Assembly: GCA_029979265.1 (NCBI GenBank)
Contig: JAPOHW010000002.1
Span: 24,552-88,551 of the forward strand
Direction: 5' to 3'
DNA: 64,000 bases
Source of the DNA: Actinomycetota bacterium
Lineage (GTDB): Bacteria > Actinomycetota > Acidimicrobiia > Acidimicrobiales > Aldehydirespiratoraceae
How positions within the stretch are numbered: position 1 is the stretch's first letter; the number at the start of each line of letters is the position of its first letter. The notes beneath the pieces were generated by a model. It was not told where the DNA came from. It searched no databases and was given only the letters and a program-made list of their open reading frames with translations. Below are positions 18,081-26,633 of this stretch, in pieces. The translations under genes were made by a program, and so were the position numbers.

Positions 18081-20211
18081 GGGCCCGCACCCCCTCCGGG
18101 TCGTAGAAGGGCAACTCCGCGCGGCGCGCAACCATGCCCTCCACCCGAACCTCGTCGGGAAGCATGCCGTCAACCGTTCGAACCCACGCCAGCATCACCG
18201 ACCGACCGAGGGTCACCGACCACGCAGCAGAGGTGACATACCCCGCGTACGTTCCGTCCATCGACCAGACCACTGCCCCTTCGAACGGTGGGGGTCCGTC
18301 GCCTTCGAGTCCCACCAACTGCTTGTCGAGCGGGAGACGACCGGTCCGTTCGATGGCGTGGCGACCGATGAAGTCACCAGAGTCAAGATCGACCATCCAG
18401 TCGTGGCCCAGGCGTCGAGGAGTCGAGTCGTAGTCGGAATCCTGACCGACGATGATGTGACCCTTCTCGAGCCGCAACCGCGACAGCGCATCGAGCCCGT
18501 GCGGTACCACGCCGAGATCGGCACCGGCATCGAGGAGAGACCTCCAGAGTTCAGCGGAACGCGCACACGGATGATGCAATTCGAAGCTGACCTCGCCCGT
18601 GAAGCTCAGTCGAACAACCCGGCATGGCACATCTGCGATGTCGGCCTCGACGTGGCGCAGCATCGCCAACGGTTGGTCGAACCCGACTCGGGCGAGCAGT
18701 TCGCTCGCCCGCGGACCAGTCACGTTGATCGCTCCCACCGACATCGTGACATTCATCCACCGAACGTCGAGATCGGCCGTCCAGTCACGGACCCACATCT
18801 CGGCAACGCTCGCACCCCCGGACGTGACGGTGACGAAGAAGCGCTCCCCTTCGCCTTCGCGCATGATCATGCCGTCGTCGAGCACGTACCCGCGCTCGTC
18901 GAGCATCAACACGTAGCGGCTGCGTCCCGGACCGATCGTCGAGACATCGGTCGGAACCAGCCGTTGCAAGGCGGCCTCGGCGTCGGGGCCGGACACGATG
19001 AACTTGCCGAGCGTGCCGACGTCACCGATCGACACGGCGGAACGAACCGCTGCGCACTCGGCGTCGACATCGGAGTAGACCCAGGGCCGCCACCAGCCAC
19101 CGAAGCGATCCATGGTGGCACCTGCGGCTTCGTGGACTGCGTGGAGTGTGGTCCGCGCAATGGCAGGGTGGTGTCGGCCGGCGGCGAGCTCCGACAGTGT
19201 CGCCTGTCGAGCCACGGGACGAGCGGTGAACCGGGCTTCGAGCGAGCCGGTTCGATCTGCGATGAAGCTCTGCAGATAGGGGGAGCAGACCGCGCCCTGA
19301 CACACACCGGTGCCGGCGAGGCTGGCTCGCTTGAGCAGCTCCATGCTGGTGAACCCGCGATCCCAACACTCGGCGAGTTCGGCCATCGTCGTCTCGTTGC
19401 ACGGGCAGACCGTCCCCTCCGTCGGGCACGGTGGTGGAGCGGTGATTTCAGACGCTCCCCCAACGGCGTCGACGGCCAGTCCAGCGCCCATGCGGGCGAG
19501 TATGTCGTTGGGAGTCGTCCCGATGTCGACGATCACCGCATCGCACTCGAACCGCTCGTCGCCGACCACGACCGCCTGTACCCGATCTGCACCTTCGAAA
19601 CGCTGCGGTGGTTCGGTGATCGTCACCGTTCGACCGAGATCGACACCGGCCGCCTGCAGTCGCTCCGCGAGCTTCGGGGTGTACAACCCGGCAAGGTCGT
19701 TTCCTGGGCAGACGGGAAGCAACGGGAGGACGCCAGTTGCGACGACCACCCGCTCGACATGGGTGTGGACCATGCCGGCATCGGCCCGCACCGCAACCAT
19801 CGGGCCCGGAAAGATACCGACCACCTCCCCTCCGTCACCGGCATCGACGATCGGCGCACCGATCGATGCCGCTGCGCCACGGCCGGCCTCCCCACCACCG
19901 ATCACCACCACGTCGTGATGGGCGTTCCGCACCGCGACCGGCTGTGCCAGCGGGTCGGTGCTCGGCAACATCGGCGCGTCACCGATCGCCTGCGCCCGCA
20001 CGAGCATCCCCTCCCGGGCGAGCGTCTGACAGGTGTGCACGTAGGCAACACCATCGACCTCGGCCACACAGTGCGGGGAATGACCCTCGACGCACAGCGT
20101 TCCGCCGCCGGTCGGATGCAAACCGGCCCGCAGGAGTGCGGTGAGGAGATGGTCACCAGGAACGAACGGCACCGCCACTGCGTCGAACGTGAACTCTCCC
20201 GAACCGGACAC
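18073..20211 (-). CDS. soxA: Sarcosine oxidase alpha-subunit-like protein (712 aa)
   Basis: N-terminal Fer2_4-like segment, 'VVVIGGGEAGRGAA' dinucleotide fold and a C-terminal GcvT/aminomethyltransferase-like folate domain ('VSIGDVGTLGKFIVSGPDA'). Confidence 0.75.
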   Translation of the reverse strand: MSGSGEFTFDAVAVPFVPGDHLLTALLRAGLHPTGGGTLCVEGHSPHCVAEVDGVAYVHTCQTLAREGMLVRAQAIGDAPMLPSTDPLAQPVAVRNAHHDVVVIGGGEAGRGAAASIGAPIVDAGDGGEVVGIFPGPMVAVRADAGMVHTHVERVVVATGVLPLLPVCPGNDLAGLYTPKLAERLQAAGVDLGRTVTITEPPQRFEGADRVQAVVVGDERFECDAVIVDIGTTPNDILARMGAGLAVDAVGGASEITAPPPCPTEGTVCPCNETTMAELAECWDRGFTSMELLKRASLAGTGVCQGAVCSPYLQSFIADRTGSLEARFTARPVARQATLSELAAGRHHPAIARTTLHAVHEAAGATMDRFGGWWRPWVYSDVDAECAAVRSAVSIGDVGTLGKFIVSGPDAEAALQRLVPTDVSTIGPGRSRYVLMLDERGYVLDDGMIMREGEGERFFVTVTSGGASVAEMWVRDWTADLDVRWMNVTMSVGAINVTGPRASELLARVGFDQPLAMLRHVEADIADVPCRVVRLSFTGEVSFELHHPCARSAELWRSLLDAGADLGVVPHGLDALSRLRLEKGHIIVGQDSDYDSTPRRLGHDWMVDLDSGDFIGRHAIERTGRLPLDKQLVGLEGDGPPPFEGAVVWSMDGTYAGYVTSAAWSVTLGRSVMLAWVRTVDGMLPDEVRVEGMVARRAELPFYDPEGVRARG

Positions 20212-20352
20212 GACGCAAGCCTAGAAAGAAGCGCTGCACGACCGGTACGACCCGTCGCCCGCTGTCTCCCTCCCTGGCTGTGCGATGATGCAAGGGCAGC
20301 GTTCCGCACCCCGGGGCGCTCCTCGACGGGCCCGATGACGAAGGACAACGCC

Positions 20353-21201
20353 ATGGCACGACACGAGTACTCCGCACCGCTCACCGGCGACGCGCGCATC
20401 GTCGAGCGGCCGGACGGCACCCGTCTGCGCACGTTCTGTGCAGGGACTGGCCCCAAGACCGTGCTCCTCGCCCACGGCTACGGCTTCGGCGCCTGGGAGT
20501 GGAACCTCGTCGAACCCCAACTCGTCGACCGGGGATTTCGGGTCATCACGTTCGATCAGCGCGGCCACCAGGGTTCGTCCATCGGCTCGGACGGCATCAG
20601 CTCGGCGGCGATGGCTTCCGACTATGGGGCCATCCTCGAGGCGTACGACGTGCACGACGGCATTCTTGTCGGCCACTCGATGGGTGGCTTTTTGTCGGTT
20701 GCCTTCCTCACCGAGACGCCGGGGGACGCAGCGAAGCGCTTGCGCGGCCTAATCCTGATGGCGACGTTCGCCGGCGGTGTGAGCGAGAAGAACCCACAGA
20801 ACCGTCTTCAGATCCCGATGATCCGACTCGGCATGTTGCAGCGGTTGCTGCGGTTCGGCCCGGTGGCGACCGGGTTCACGAAGAGCCTGACCGGCGACGC
20901 CTTCGAGCCGGCGATGACGCCAGCGCTCACGAAGCTGTTCCTCGGGAGCGACCACCAACCGCTCATTCCGATTCTGCGGGCCATGGTCGACGAAAAGCGT
21001 TACGACCTCCTCGGCTCGATCGACCTACCGACCACCGTCATCATCGGCACCAAGGACGCAACGACGCCTCCATTCCACTCGCGGCAGCTGCACGAGGGGA
21101 TCACCGGTTCCACGTTCGTGTCCGTCGAGGGCATGGGCCACTGCCTCAACTGGGAATCACCCGACACGATCGTGGCCGAGATCGAGAGACTCGCCGACTG
21201 A
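20353..21201 (+). CDS. Alpha/beta-fold hydrolase
   Basis: 'VLLAHGYGFG' and nucleophile elbow 'GHSMGG'. Alternative ATG at 20335. Confidence 0.8.
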   Translation: MARHEYSAPLTGDARIVERPDGTRLRTFCAGTGPKTVLLAHGYGFGAWEWNLVEPQLVDRGFRVITFDQRGHQGSSIGSDGISSAAMASDYGAILEAYDVHDGILVGHSMGGFLSVAFLTETPGDAAKRLRGLILMATFAGGVSEKNPQNRLQIPMIRLGMLQRLLRFGPVATGFTKSLTGDAFEPAMTPALTKLFLGSDHQPLIPILRAMVDEKRYDLLGSIDLPTTVIIGTKDATTPPFHSRQLHEGITGSTFVSVEGMGHCLNWESPDTIVAEIERLAD

Positions 21202-21203
21202 TC

Positions 21204-22361
21204 TCAGAACTCGTCGCGGATCCAGAACGTGAGCGCAGCGCCGACGAGCATGCATGTTCCGACCAGAAGCCACATTGCACCGAAGCCGTATTCGTCGATC
21301 ATCCACCCCGTTGTGAGCGGTCCGGCGAACACGCCGAGGTAGATCCCCATCTGTGTCACCCCGCTCGCTGCACCTGCAGCATCACCGTTGGCCCGCATGA
21401 TGCCGAAGTTGGTGAACACCGGCCATGCCCACCCGGCACCGAAGGCGAGGAGCGTCGACGCAACGTGGACACCAGCCCCACCAGCGGCGAGGCCCAACGT
21501 CCCGATCGAACCGAGTGCAGCGAGACCGGCAGCCATCGAGTAGGGCTGCGCGACCATCGTGTCGGTTCGCACACCCCAGAACAGTCGCCACCCGATACCG
21601 AATGCAGCGCCGAGGCTGAGCATCCAACCTGCGACGCCTTCGCTCAGGCCCGCCTCGACGCCGGATGCCACTGTCCATGACGTGAGGCCGCCGGCTGCGA
21701 ACGCCAGGAAGGACCCACCAACGAGTGACCACCCGAGCGCCCGTCTCGATGACGAAGGTCGGGCAGATCGCAACGTCTCGACGCTGCCGCGACCGACGAA
21801 CAACTGCACCAACACCAAAGCAACCGAAGCGAGCACGACACCCAACACGAAGGTCGACCGCCACCCGAGGGTGAGGGCCAGCAGGGGCACCGTGGCACCG
21901 CTGACCATGGCAGCCGACGGCATGCCCGACTGCTTGAGCGCAATCGCCAGGCCGAGCCGCGGCAACCGAGCAGTGGTCAGTGCAAGGTTCACCGCAGTCT
22001 GGTTGAGGGCATTCACCACACCGCACACCGCCAACAAGACGACCATCGCCAGGAACGACCGCGCCATCGTGGCGATCAGACTCTGGGTGACGATCGTCAG
22101 GATCAGACAACCGCTGAGTTGGTGCCGGGGTCCGATCCGCTGCACCAACCGCCCACCGAGAATCGACGTTGCTGTTGCTGCCAGGAAGTAGGAGCTCATC
22201 GCCCAGCCGTACCGACCTGCCGTCACGCCGAACTCGTCGCTGACCTGGATCGACACCGCCCCGACGAGGAAGCCGGGGTACACGCACGCAACCGTGGCGA
22301 CGACCATCGTCGCAACGAGGCGTTGGTCGGTCGACGTCTGAGTGGGTGTCGGGGCGGTCAC
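21204..22361 (-). CDS. MFS transporter
   Basis: 385 aa with about 12 hydrophobic segments. GTGA overlap with the upstream GNAT gene. Confidence 0.8.
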   Translation of the reverse strand: MTAPTPTQTSTDQRLVATMVVATVACVYPGFLVGAVSIQVSDEFGVTAGRYGWAMSSYFLAATATSILGGRLVQRIGPRHQLSGCLILTIVTQSLIATMARSFLAMVVLLAVCGVVNALNQTAVNLALTTARLPRLGLAIALKQSGMPSAAMVSGATVPLLALTLGWRSTFVLGVVLASVALVLVQLFVGRGSVETLRSARPSSSRRALGWSLVGGSFLAFAAGGLTSWTVASGVEAGLSEGVAGWMLSLGAAFGIGWRLFWGVRTDTMVAQPYSMAAGLAALGSIGTLGLAAGGAGVHVASTLLAFGAGWAWPVFTNFGIMRANGDAAGAASGVTQMGIYLGVFAGPLTTGWMIDEYGFGAMWLLVGTCMLVGAALTFWIRDEF

Positions 22362-23392
22362 GGGTCACCGAGTTGGAGCCGCGCTTCGATTTCGCCATCG
22401 ATGATGTTGCCCGTCGGGACGAAGCCGTAGCCGAGATACAACGGCTCGGGGGAACCCACACCCGGCACGTAGGAGACGTCGAGTTCGTGATGCCCCCACG
22501 CACACACGACATCGACGACAAGGTCGAGCACCCGACGCCCGATCCCACGGCGCTGATGACGCCGATCGATCATGAATCGCCACAGATACGGCCGGCCGCC
22601 ACTCTCGGCTGCCGTGTCGAGCATCACGAATCCGACCAACGCTCCGTCTGCCACGATCGCCCGTGGCCACGGGGTCACCGGCTTGCCACCGTAGGGCTCG
22701 GGCAGAGAGGCCTCGGCGAGCGAGACCGCGTTCGGACTCACCATGCGTTCCTGGCTCTTGTGGGTCGACAGTGCGATGACCGGACGGACCAGGTCCCACG
22801 TGATCTCCTCGAGCGCCACATGCCCGGGCGGTTCGGTCGGACGCGCACGCCACACCTCGTAGTCGTCGCGGGTGATGCCATAGATCCAGTCGTCCGTGTT
22901 CTCGTCGCCCACCCACCACGACCGGCGCGTGTGGCCCTCGTGCACGAAGCCGAGTCGTTCGACGACACGAGCCGAACGATGATTGTCGGGGTGCAGCGTT
23001 GCACCGATCCGGGTGCGTTTCGGATCGGAGAACAGCCAGTCGACAAGTCCACCGGTTGCTTCGAACGCATACCCGTTGCCCCAGTGGTCTCGGGCCACGG
23101 TGTAACCGATCTCGGCGGCCCGACCATTCCACTGGAGCCGCACCGACACGTCACCGATGATCTGCTCAGAGTCGAGGGTCTCGACGGTGAGCATCCACCA
23201 GTCGTCATCGATCGGCTCGGGGGTCCCAGCGGCATCGGCGAGCACGATCCGAGCCCGATCTTCGGGCCACGGCACTGTCCAATCCTGATACTCGGACACC
23301 GCAGGATCGTTGCGCCGAGCGACAAGCGCCTCGAGATCAGAAGCCACGGGCCGACGCAGGCGCAGACGCTCGGTCACGATCGGCTCGAACAT
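22358..23392 (-). CDS. Tandem (double) GNAT N-acetyltransferase
   Basis: The N-terminal half is RimJ/RimL-like ('TERLRLRRP...GYTVARDHWGNGYA'). The C-terminal half is a second GNAT ('RRHQRRGIGRRVL'). Start at 'MFEPIV'. Confidence 0.75.
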   Translation of the reverse strand: MFEPIVTERLRLRRPVASDLEALVARRNDPAVSEYQDWTVPWPEDRARIVLADAAGTPEPIDDDWWMLTVETLDSEQIIGDVSVRLQWNGRAAEIGYTVARDHWGNGYAFEATGGLVDWLFSDPKRTRIGATLHPDNHRSARVVERLGFVHEGHTRRSWWVGDENTDDWIYGITRDDYEVWRARPTEPPGHVALEEITWDLVRPVIALSTHKSQERMVSPNAVSLAEASLPEPYGGKPVTPWPRAIVADGALVGFVMLDTAAESGGRPYLWRFMIDRRHQRRGIGRRVLDLVVDVVCAWGHHELDVSYVPGVGSPEPLYLGYGFVPTGNIIDGEIEARLQLGDP

Positions 23393-23414
23393 GTCTGCGA
23401 CCCTACGCTGCTGG

Positions 23415-24524
23415 TCAGCGATCGAGATGGTGGATTCCGAACGGAACAGGACCCTCGACACCGAACATGGCGTGCGCTCGGTTGTACGCCTCACGCCGCA
23501 TGGCCCCCGGGGCGAGATCGAGGCTCGGTGCAGCGACGATGGCCACCTCGGCGTCGGTGAACTCCGGTGACGTCAGTTGGCCGACATCGAGCGCAATCCC
23601 TTCGGTTGTCATCACCGAGATCAGGTCGGGCGCACCGACGAGAACGTCGTTGGTCGATCGAAGGTGAATGTGACTGTCGAGCGAATGGACGTGGAATGGT
23701 CCCTGCATCGTGTCGATGCGAGCCTCGACCCGCTCGCGTCGGTCCGTCAGCGTGACGGTGACCTCTCCGAGTCGCCCTCGACCGACCACGACCGCTCGAT
23801 CAACGGTGGCCGCAAGCGCACCGGCAGGATCGGCGCCTTTGTCCCACGCGTCGGACACCGCCCGGCCTGCGGCCAGCGCCACACTCACCGCACCCGGGAT
23901 CGAGGATCGCTGCAGGGTGGCCGCATGCATCGCCCAGGACGCACCCCCGACCGGACCATGCAGTGTCATGCCGGCCAACACCGCACGAGCAGCCGAGTCG
24001 GCTCCGTCGGTCGAGTCGGTGTCGATCACGACCGAACGCGTCGGATCGGCCATCACCACTGCACGAGGCACGACCCCTGCTGCCGCCCAGGTCGTCATGT
24101 CGAACCGGTGTGCGGCGCGAACCGATCCGGCAGCGTCGACGACCGGGATGCCGCATGACACAGCAACACCGAGGGCTGTCAATATGCCGTGCACGGTGAG
24201 ATCGACGGGAACGACCGCATCGAACGCATCGCCGGTGCGCTCACCGAGCGCTCGAAACGCATGTGACGCAGCATCGATGGACGGTGTGGCCCCGGGTCCG
24301 GGAAACGACGCAGGGACCGCAACCCGTGCCCGGTCGGGAAGGTCGCCCAGCGCAACGACCCCTACCGGATCGCCGCCACACGCTCGCCGCACGACACCGG
24401 CAAGTCGACCACCGGACTCGAACGAGCCGCCGCCACCGGATCCGCAGAACGCAGCACCGAGCACGACGGACGCAAGATCATCGGCAGCGATCGCTCCCGA
24501 CCTCGCGACCTCGACCCTTGCCAT
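23415..24524 (-). CDS. DUF917-family protein
   Basis: 369 aa. 'AAFCGSGGGGS' Gly-rich motif and overall size and layout as I remember DUF917. Recalled from memory, not searched. Confidence 0.55.
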   Translation of the reverse strand: MARVEVARSGAIAADDLASVVLGAAFCGSGGGGSFESGGRLAGVVRRACGGDPVGVVALGDLPDRARVAVPASFPGPGATPSIDAASHAFRALGERTGDAFDAVVPVDLTVHGILTALGVAVSCGIPVVDAAGSVRAAHRFDMTTWAAAGVVPRAVVMADPTRSVVIDTDSTDGADSAARAVLAGMTLHGPVGGASWAMHAATLQRSSIPGAVSVALAAGRAVSDAWDKGADPAGALAATVDRAVVVGRGRLGEVTVTLTDRRERVEARIDTMQGPFHVHSLDSHIHLRSTNDVLVGAPDLISVMTTEGIALDVGQLTSPEFTDAEVAIVAAPSLDLAPGAMRREAYNRAHAMFGVEGPVPFGIHHLDR

Positions 24525-24604
24525 ACCGCCTCGCTCTCCGATTCGGCCTCTCGGTGGCGGGCCACGTGCTCGAAGGCCAACCGACCCGTCGAAACCGTAC
24601 GGTC

Positions 24605-25426
24605 GTGAAAAAGATCGATCAAGGACCGTTCGAATACACCGGCCTCCTCGGGAGTCGAGCAGCGCAACGTGCGAGACTGTCCGACATGGAAAGCATCACC
24701 GTTGCTCGCAGCCTTCGAGGGTCGATCGGCATGTTGGCCATGGCCTGGTTGCTGGACGAATCCACCGCAACGAAAGCCGCAGCCCTCGGCCTCGATGCTG
24801 TCGGCCGGGGGGCCTACGCCGTCGGACGGCTCGGCGTCCTCGGCGACTGTCCTCCCGACGCGGTGGTGAGCGCTGCCTATTTCTGGGAACCCGGGTTGAT
24901 GCGCACGATGGTGGCCGATGGGCGAGCGGTGAAGTCGCCGGCCGAAGGTGCCGCGATCTACACCCGCATCTGCCAGGAGTGGGGCGCCGATCGCCTTGCC
25001 GGCCTCGACGGGGTCGAGCGTCTCGGCGACATCCTCACCAAGGTCGTCGACACGGCATCTCCACTCGGCGCCCCGATGTTCGTCGGCTGGCGAGACATGC
25101 CTCGCCCCACCGAACCCGGCCCGGCCCGCACGTTTCAGCTCGCGCAGGTGATGCGTGAGCTGCGGTTCAGCCGGCACTGCATTGCGATCCAAGCAGTGGG
25201 CCTTGGGCCGCTCGAGGCCATCCTGTCGGGGCCGGCCGGCGACTGGAACGCCAAGATGTTCGGCTGGCCCGAGCCGTACCCCGACACGAGCAGCCTGACC
25301 GAGATCCGTGAGGAGGCCGAGATGCTCACCGATCGCCTGCACGCTGCTGACCTCGACGTCTTGACCGACACCGAACGCGCCGATCTGCGCGATCTCGCCA
25401 AAGCCGCCCGTGCCCATCACGGCTGA
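24605..25426 (+). CDS. Hypothetical protein (actinobacterial helical protein; possibly SCO6745-like)
   Basis: Coding-like ORF in the same orientation, 12 nt upstream of the nitroreductase gene. Start is GTG 24605 or ATG 24686. Confidence 0.5.
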   Translation: MKKIDQGPFEYTGLLGSRAAQRARLSDMESITVARSLRGSIGMLAMAWLLDESTATKAAALGLDAVGRGAYAVGRLGVLGDCPPDAVVSAAYFWEPGLMRTMVADGRAVKSPAEGAAIYTRICQEWGADRLAGLDGVERLGDILTKVVDTASPLGAPMFVGWRDMPRPTEPGPARTFQLAQVMRELRFSRHCIAIQAVGLGPLEAILSGPAGDWNAKMFGWPEPYPDTSSLTEIREEAEMLTDRLHAADLDVLTDTERADLRDLAKAARAHHG

Positions 25427-25438
25427 CCAGGGACAACC

Positions 25439-26590
25439 ATGACCGACTCCCCCTTCGACGTCGCCGAGATCGACCGGCTGCTCACGACGACGCGAACCGT
25501 CCGCAAGCGTCTCGACTTCGACCGCAACGTCTCCGACCAGGTCATTTTCGACTGTATCGACATCGCTGAACAGGCGCCGAGCGGCGGCAACGACGCAAGC
25601 CGTCGGTGGATCGTCGTGCGCGACGAGGCGACCAAACAGAAATGCGGAGAGATCTATCGCCGCAACGGCGCCTTCATGATCGACGTCGCCGAGCGGCTCG
25701 CCGGCAGCGGCCACGGCAAGGAACAGGTCTTCAGTTCATCGGCATACCTGGTCGAGCACTTCGCAAAGGCACCGGCGTTGGTCATCGCCGCGATCTGGGG
25801 AATCCACGACGACTCCGGTCGTCCGGGCTTGTTCGACTCTGTCATCCAGTCGGCCTGGAGCTTCAACCTTGCACTCCGAGCGCGTGGCCTCGGCTCGGCG
25901 TGGACCACCCTGCTCAATGCAAGCGTCGACGAGCTCGCTGACATCCTTGCGATCCCCCCTGGGGTCACGACGATCGTGACCTTCCCGGTGGCGTACACGA
26001 AGGGAACCGACTTCACGCCGGTGGCGCGTCGCCCGGCTGAGCAGATCACCTACTTCGATCGCTGGGGGTACACCCGCGCCCGGGCGAGCGAAGACGGTGG
26101 CACCCATTTCGAAGACGGTCCCGGCGTGGTTGCCGAAGTCGACATCGATGCGCCGCCGAAGGCAGTCTGGCCGGTCGTGTCCGACATCACGTTCCCGGCC
26201 GGAGCCGACACCGAACTTCGAGATGCCGAATGGGTGACGAGCGACCGCGGCGTCGGGGCGGTCTTCATCGGCCACAACAAGCTCGGTGACAACGAGTGGA
26301 GCGTCGACAACCACATCACCGCATTCGAGGATGGTCGGGTCTTCGAGTGGTCGACCGTCGACCCGGCGAACCCGGGAGCTCGCTGGCGGTTCGAGATCAT
26401 GGACCAAGGGGTCGGCAGCCGCGTGCGGTTCTCGGTCGAGATCGGCATGGAGAACAACCTCACCTATGCGATGGCGATGGATTCCGACGACCCGGTTTCG
26501 GTCCTGAACGGTCGCCGCAAGCGCATGAAGGCCAACATGCAAAATACCCTCGATGCCATGAAAGCGGTCGTGGAGGACGCTCGGGCGTGA
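25439..26590 (+). CDS. Nitroreductase-family domain fused to a C-terminal SRPBCC (START/cyclase-dehydrase-like) domain
   Basis: N-terminal 'IAEQAPSGGNDASRRWIVVRD' nitroreductase pattern over about 215 aa. C-terminal 'VVAEVDIDAPPKAVWPVVSDI...RWRFEI...SRVRFSVEI' is typical of SRPBCC. Confidence 0.7.
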   Translation: MTDSPFDVAEIDRLLTTTRTVRKRLDFDRNVSDQVIFDCIDIAEQAPSGGNDASRRWIVVRDEATKQKCGEIYRRNGAFMIDVAERLAGSGHGKEQVFSSSAYLVEHFAKAPALVIAAIWGIHDDSGRPGLFDSVIQSAWSFNLALRARGLGSAWTTLLNASVDELADILAIPPGVTTIVTFPVAYTKGTDFTPVARRPAEQITYFDRWGYTRARASEDGGTHFEDGPGVVAEVDIDAPPKAVWPVVSDITFPAGADTELRDAEWVTSDRGVGAVFIGHNKLGDNEWSVDNHITAFEDGRVFEWSTVDPANPGARWRFEIMDQGVGSRVRFSVEIGMENNLTYAMAMDSDDPVSVLNGRRKRMKANMQNTLDAMKAVVEDARA

Positions 26591-26633
26591 CCCCGACCGC
26601 GTCGTTCACCAACCCGTCGACCGAGCGCCTGCC

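Noticed and set aside
20212-20352. Possible riboswitch or leader (glycine or THF type) upstream of soxA
   Set aside because: Read on the minus strand, the 141-nt region shows none of the conserved glycine- or THF-riboswitch cores I know. It also has no convincing extended structure.
17875-21201. 1108-aa plus-strand ORF across the sox region
   Set aside because: Most of it is the antisense shadow frame of soxA, with Arg/Pro/Gly-rich nonsense sequence. Only its last ~283 codons (20353-21201) form a real alpha/beta-hydrolase gene.
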